DNA of 64,000 bases from Paramecium tetraurelia (taxonomy: Eukaryota). The notes below the pieces were generated by a model, which ran no database searches, was not told where the DNA came from, and saw only the letters and a list, made by a program, of their open reading frames with translations. The DNA lies in contig CT868452.1 in assembly GCA_000165425.1 (NCBI GenBank), positions 186,001-250,000 of the forward strand, read 5' to 3'. Below are positions 56,466-64,000 of the stretch, piece by piece; the stretch's first letter is position 1; the number at the start of each line of letters is the position of its first letter. Position numbers and translations under genes: made by a program.

Positions 56466-57222
56466 TCAAAGACACTACCTTCCGTACTTATCGTTGAATG
56501 ATTAATTGGAGCTATTTACAAGACTAATAGTTTAAATTGATTTTATACGAGTTGCCCATCTTGTTGAAAGCGCTGACATCTTCATTCAACTTGATCTTCT
56601 TAATAGTATGTGGTTCTTACTATGTGCTGTCTTGATGTTCAATGCTGTCATCCTAGATGGACGAGAAGTAACCACATCTATCAGAATCGGAATGAAGAGT
56701 CGGTGTATTTTGAGGCATACTTCGATTCTTCTAAAATTCATCAGCCATAGAATGGATGAGATTGATGACTTTGTTCTTCCTGAACTTCAATTTGTGGTTT
56801 TTAGATTCAGTGTGCTAAAGAATAAATTTAATATTTACTTATAGATAATCCTCTATATATAATTTACAAACATTGCAATAGATTTTAGTTCCCCTTGGTT
56901 TTGGGAAGAGCTTCAAATGTTAATTATAAATATACTAAATCCTTGTTCTTCTCCTGAACTTCCTAGATTTTCTTCTCAAACTGAGATCTATAATGAATAC
57001 TATTAGCTAAATGAACAGGCTATATTATATCGAAATGACAAACCTAATCTATCTAGAGGATAAACCCATGTTAAGAAGGCTCTCCATCATTGTTTAGTAT
57101 CGGCACTGTATTTAGCATGCACCCTAAAACTCTGAACTTTAGTATTAAACTTACTCACTATACATCGGGGAATAATCAATTGCAATCTTCTTATCAACAG
57201 ATTCTTTACAACGTGGTTTCAT
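56466..57222 (-). CDS. Small protein with DBF4-type zinc finger (5' exon structure and stop uncertain)
   Basis: IYCNVCKLYIEDYLQ|HTESKNH fits C-x2-C-x9-H-x5-H across a tiny intron. Confidence 0.6.
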
Positions 57223-57978
57223 TAGAAATACATTTTTCAAATCTAACACAGAATTTAATTACACTTGGTAAGCACTCAATTCTTCCATTCTCTCTTCTTT
57301 ATATTTTAATTAATGATTATAATCATTGAAAATATTATATACAGATCAATACTTTATTAAAGAAATTCACATCTTTCTCAAATCTTTAAATTACAAAACT
57401 CTTTTAATTGTGATAAATTATTCATTACAATTTCCTTTAAACACCATTTTATTACTCTCTTAAAGCTCAATCAACTCACAAGTATCTTTTGTATCTTCAA
57501 AGTAATTATTTTTTAACTCATTTGTTTTTCTTCACTTCCTCATTATAATTTCAAAGATTAATCCCTTTTTCATAGAAATCTTAAAAGAACTGTGACCTTT
57601 AGTTAATATTTTATAACTAAACTGATTCGCAAAAAATAAAGAAATCCTTAACATTCCTGAAATTTATTAAAGAATTAAAAAACTCTTCTTGAATTTGATT
57701 GGATCTAATTCTTAGATCGCAGAACAGTCTCAAATCTCTATATAATAATTTTTTAGTTCCTCTTTAATAATTGGGTAAATCAATATTAGTTGTATTTTAT
57801 AAGCAATAAACTAATACAAAAATGAACTTTTCTCATTGATTTTCAATCTCATTTATAACCTATATATGTACTACTTAAGTTTAATACAAAGCACGTAATT
57901 TTATCAAGAGTGTAATATTTGAAAATATATTATTTGTAATTATAAATTTGTAAAAATATTTGATTATTAAGCACCCTC

Positions 57979-58835
57979 ATGATAAAAATCAAAAAAAATA
58001 AAGATTTCATAGGGACACTTAGAAATATCCTAGAAGTATTTTTATTTTAATCAAGAATGAAGAGTATTAAGGGATAATTTAATTGCTGAAAGAGAAAAAT
58101 GGGTTTAAAATTTTGGATCTAGAATAATTTAAATCTGGTATTTTAGTTAAGCATTTCACACATAATAATTATTCAAGTTTTAGAAGGTATGCCATATTTT
58201 AATCATCTAGATAACTTAATTTATATGGGTTTTAATCTCATAAATCTAATAAAAATGAAATCCTTTATATAAATGAATCATTCAATTTTGAAAGGGATAA
58301 AAAATTGAAGAAATAGCGTAAAGCAGAACTATATGCTGAAAATATTGAATTAGAGCAGAAAAGATAATTGAATTAACTCTTATAACTTTAATAAAATTAG
58401 AAACAAATGATGGAATAAATCTAGACAATAATAACCACTTAAAAAGAATTAAAAGAAAAAATGAAATCTCAGTTATCTGTATATATTAAAATAGATTAGA
58501 ATTATGTATAAAAAAGGTTCATGTCAGATCAAAGAGATAGATTCCTTTTCCTCGCTTTGTCATTATATACTAACATAGAAGATAAAAATTTTAGTACAAT
58601 TTTAAATTTATTAGAATAATATATTGATGACTTAATATAAGAGGTCAATTATTTTCCCTTTTTTAATTAATTGAAACACTAATTAATTAAGAACACAAAA
58701 ACACTTTTTTCTATTATAAACTTCTATTTTAATAGAGAATCCTTTGATTCTAAATCTATTGATAATTCATATAATGAATAGGATTTAGAAGATAAATTAA
58801 GTTTAAGTAATATAAGTAATTACTTCGATTTTTGA
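57979..58835 (+). CDS. HSF-type DNA-binding domain transcription factor
   Basis: FIGTLRNILENEEYQGII..GFKILDLEQF..ILVKHFTHNNYSSFRRQLNLYGF, followed by coiled coil. Confidence 0.85.
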
Positions 58836-59426
58836 TAAAAAGGATTAATTCATTAAATATTTGGTATTACATATATCTTAGAGTCAAAAAGAAAATTCTA
58901 TTTCTTTTAAATTGATTTTAAACTTTTAATTGGCTTCATTTACATTGATATTCAAATTCTAATTATTAAATAATAGAACATAAATTCTTTTGCAGCTATT
59001 ATTCCACCTCATCCAACATTTTATCAAACTTTGTGACTTGATCCTGCATTTCATTTGTATATTATGATGGTTATTCTGCAAAAAGAGGTTGAAATGTGTA
59101 ATAAAAATTTTTTATTCTAGTAAAAAATCTACAATTTCTTCTTTTGTAAGCTTGTAAGATTTCTATTTGTAACTCTTAATTATTTATTATTTTTAATGAT
59201 TTAGTTCCAGAGATCTAATTACTTCATTCTTATTATTTGATTTTGAATGTTTTAATTCAATTAAGTTGAAAACTAAGTTGGTAATATTAAGGTAGTTCTA
59301 ATATGATTTTTCTATCAATGAAAGCAGATGCTGATCATAACAAAAATACATAATATAAGATCAGGGTTTGCCAATTCAGAATGGCAATGTTTGATTTGAT
59401 GTTTACACTTTGAATTATTCATTTAA

Positions 59427-60959
<1,533 letters not shown>

Positions 60960-60993
60960 TTGAAAATTTATATATTTCACGAATATTAAACAT

Positions 60994-62554
60994 TCATAAT
61001 TTAGGGACTCCCCAACTGCAATAGTGTTCAAGGAGTAGATTATCTGAATGCATTTTCATTTTTGCATATCCCATATCTCCCCAATATGAACCCCATGAAT
61101 TTCTGACAATCCAATATTCGACTCCATCTTCAACGCCCCAACCAACAACAGACACATAATGATTAAGGATAGTTTTGTTTGTTTTTTGTGAAAAGATATA
61201 TCCACCCTCATAATCATCTAACTCTTAGGTAGCATACACTCCACAAACAATAGGACCCCTATTGAAGATTTCAATTTTCATATCTCTTGCAGTTTTGACG
61301 TATCCAAATTCTGAAACAAAGTATCTCTTGGCCTTTTTAACCGGTTCACATCCATCTTCATCGCATTGATGACATTGATCCTCATCTGAACATCTGACTC
61401 GTTTTCCATTGATTGCTTCATAGGTATGACAATGTTCTTCAGTCAATCCATTCAAATGGATATGTTTAAAAGTAGGTTATGTTAGACCTCCTCCACAACT
61501 GCCTCCAGACATGCAATTCAACATTGATTGGATAGAAAAAAGGACCACAGGATATTTGTTACCTAATTTGATATTAATTCTATCTGATAGGGTTGAAGTG
61601 ACAGCATGTGCCCAACATGAACCACAATAAATGGGAATATGTTGATTTCTATTGTTTGTTAAGTAATTCACACCATCAACATTTCTCCAATCAAATTAAG
61701 TGGGTACATCTGCATTTAGACTAGAAAATGGAGTAATTATTAATTAATCCAATTATAGAAATTATAGCATTTCTAAATGATAAGATTTACGTTTTGTTTC
61801 AAATCTTTTTTCAATACTTGTATGTAATTTAGTGGTGTTTCTAATTCCTTCTGTCCATGTATCCTTCAATTCCCCATAGCTGCATTCTTGTATTTCCTCT
61901 GTTGGAACTTCGTATAGGCTTGGATACTTTGGACCCAAAGTGTTTTTCACAATCCAGTATGTAGTTTAACCACTGGTTCTCCAGCCTACAACTTCCACAT
62001 AATGAGCGCTCTATCCAAGTTGGCAAGATACACTAACATAATTATAAAATATACGGTCCATTAGTTACAACTTCTTACATAATTTCTATTTGTCCATGTA
62101 GAGTTCCATAAGATGAAATTGTGTATATGTAATAATTGTGTTGTGCCCAACAACCCATTCCATCAAAACAGTTTTTACATAGGGACATTTCATTGCATTC
62201 CTCCTTTTTGGCAACATAATTTGTGCATGTTTCGTCAGATATCCAATTGTCTTTAATATATTAATATGCATTTAATGCAGATCCAGAAGTACAACCATCA
62301 GATTAGGTATCACATGAGATTAACACTTAAGGTGATAGGACTATTTCAGGAAATGCAGCATTTCTCTTTATTTTGATTCTATCACTCAATGCACCTGTCA
62401 CTGCAAATGCCCATCCTCCATTACAAAATTGAGGCGAATTCTGATTTCTAGTGTAAGTTAAGAAGTTTTTGCCATCAACATCTGCCCAACTGAAATTTTC
62501 AGATATTTTGAATGCATTGCAAATTACTATTCCCAATAAAAAGAGTTTGATCAT
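60994..62554 (-). CDS. Secreted papain-family protease with two cathepsin Z/X-type domains (first lacks catalytic Cys)
   Basis: Signal peptide; domain 1 [16 protein letters not shown]; domain 2 [34 protein letters not shown]. Confidence 0.9.
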
Positions 62555-62647
62555 TTTTTAATTTTTTGTAAACTTTATTTATCAGAATTTCTATGATATG
62601 ATTATATAATATTGATTTTCTTAATATATCAAATATCCACCTATATC

Positions 62648-64000
62648 ATGGAATTCAAAAACATTTGAACTCAAGTTTTAATAAATTTTCTGATAACCAG
62701 ATGTATTAGTATGTAAGAAGTAATAACCATTTAATGTAAAAAAGCAACATATCCTTTTATATTGGACTATCAAAAGAATGATATAGAGATATAATATTAA
62801 TGAGGTTTCTAGTTTATTATATAATTTTAATGTAAACATAACCAGATCATGAATATCTGAATACTTAGGCAAATTAAGGACAAGAACCTATGAATAACAA
62901 GGCTCCTTTTTTGGATCTTGATTCTTCTGGGGATGCTTTGGAGGATGGCAGAGTGACTAATCTCAGTTTTCAACGGTATTGATGTTTGGATGATAGTGAT
63001 TAGATTTAGAATGATGGATTTAAGTTTCTTTGTATTCAACCTAATTGGGACTGGTTTAACCGTAATAACTTTGGAATTGATCCATTATGATCAAGAAAGA
63101 GAGGCACGTAAGGTGATGTTGTGGGTGATATTCATATCAAATTTAATTTTGATGGGAATAGTGGTAGTAAGAAATGCAGCTAAATTGAAATGGAGAGAAA
63201 GTAAAGGAGATATGTATAGTGGATTTAGTATCGAACCATTGGAAACATCTTTGGAGATATTAATAATAGCAGCATCTCCTTTACCATTTTTGGATGACTA
63301 TAGTTTCTAATTTGAAAACGATTTCGTTGAAGGTGAAGTAATGATATTGAGTTTAGGTAGGTCTATTACTATGCAAATGAATTGCTTTGTCTTACTCTAG
63401 CCTTTCGAGTAATATTTTTTATTCGCACAACCTTATTGAATTCTTATTGGCATTCGAATAGGACGGATAGAGTTTGTAGTCTATATGCAAGTTAAGCAGA
63501 TTACATGTTCACTATAAAATCTCTAATGAGGTAAGATATACATTAAAACTCTTGAGGAATCAACCATTTACAGTAAATTATAGTGCAATGATCTTGCTAA
63601 TTGTGGTTTTCGGATATTGTTTGAGAATATGTGAGAGTCCACTTAATCGTATAGACATAAGTTCAAATGATTTTAGTAGTTATGCAAATTCAATGTGGTG
63701 TGTAATTGTAACTAGTACAACTGTAAATTGCTTATTCTAACAATTGCATAGTTAGGATATGGTGACTATTATACCAGAACATTATTGGGACGTATAGTAA
63801 TGAGTGTAGTTTGCATATTGGGTAACTTTGTGGTTTCATCAATGATTGTCATAATTACAAATGAGTCATATTTGTCAACATTAGAGAATAAGGTGGTAAT
63901 TTTGATAGACAGATTGAGTTTGAAGAAACAGATGCAATAGGAAGCTGCCATGATAATCACTGTGTTTGGTAGGATCTATTATGCAAAGAAGTATTATATT
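62648..64000 (+). CDS. Small-conductance Ca-activated (SK-like) potassium channel, 3' end runs off window
   Basis: TM helices, YANSMWCVIVTSTT|LGYGDYYTRTLLGR pore, post-S6 LSTLENKV..KKQMQQEAAMII resembling the calmodulin-binding region. Confidence 0.85.

Noticed and set aside
57330..57840. Coding-like minus-strand fragments
   Set aside because: Could not build a consistent start, intron and stop model; may be a relic
58880..59340. Possible minus-strand gene remnant between HSF and CDKL genes
   Set aside because: Frames are interrupted and no motif was recognised

Overview
Gene-dense, very AT-rich eukaryotic DNA that reads as a Paramecium-type ciliate macronuclear chromosome segment. TAA/TAG encode Gln, only TGA stops, and introns are GT..AG of about 20-30 nt, so the supplied ORF track (standard code) is fragmented or antisense. 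I re-translated by hand with the ciliate code. About 32 protein genes were found: a Cys-rich repeat membrane protein, an SDR, a P4-ATPase, two tandem four-domain Cav-like channels, a CID protein, pirin, LITAF, a pseudokinase, a DSP, Alba, RPL30, a double-CAP protein, NC2beta, AP-4 sigma, PKA-C, a trichocyst matrix protein, a cytosolic carboxypeptidase, PX-WD40, HSF, a CDKL kinase, a double cathepsin-Z and an SK-like channel. There is also a U6 snRNA gene and a probable pseudogene. Strongest leads: (1) one ORF fusing an F-box-like motif, a catalytically dead CDK and a cyclin box; (2) a 75-nt structured intron in RPL30, about three times the local intron size, with a kink-turn-like fold and an internal acceptor, suggesting an autoregulatory splicing switch; (3) a Cav paralogue with an E-S-L-L pore next to its EEEE sister. 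Gene ends are manual calls and may be off where intron choice is ambiguous. Domain calls come from motif recognition, not database searches.
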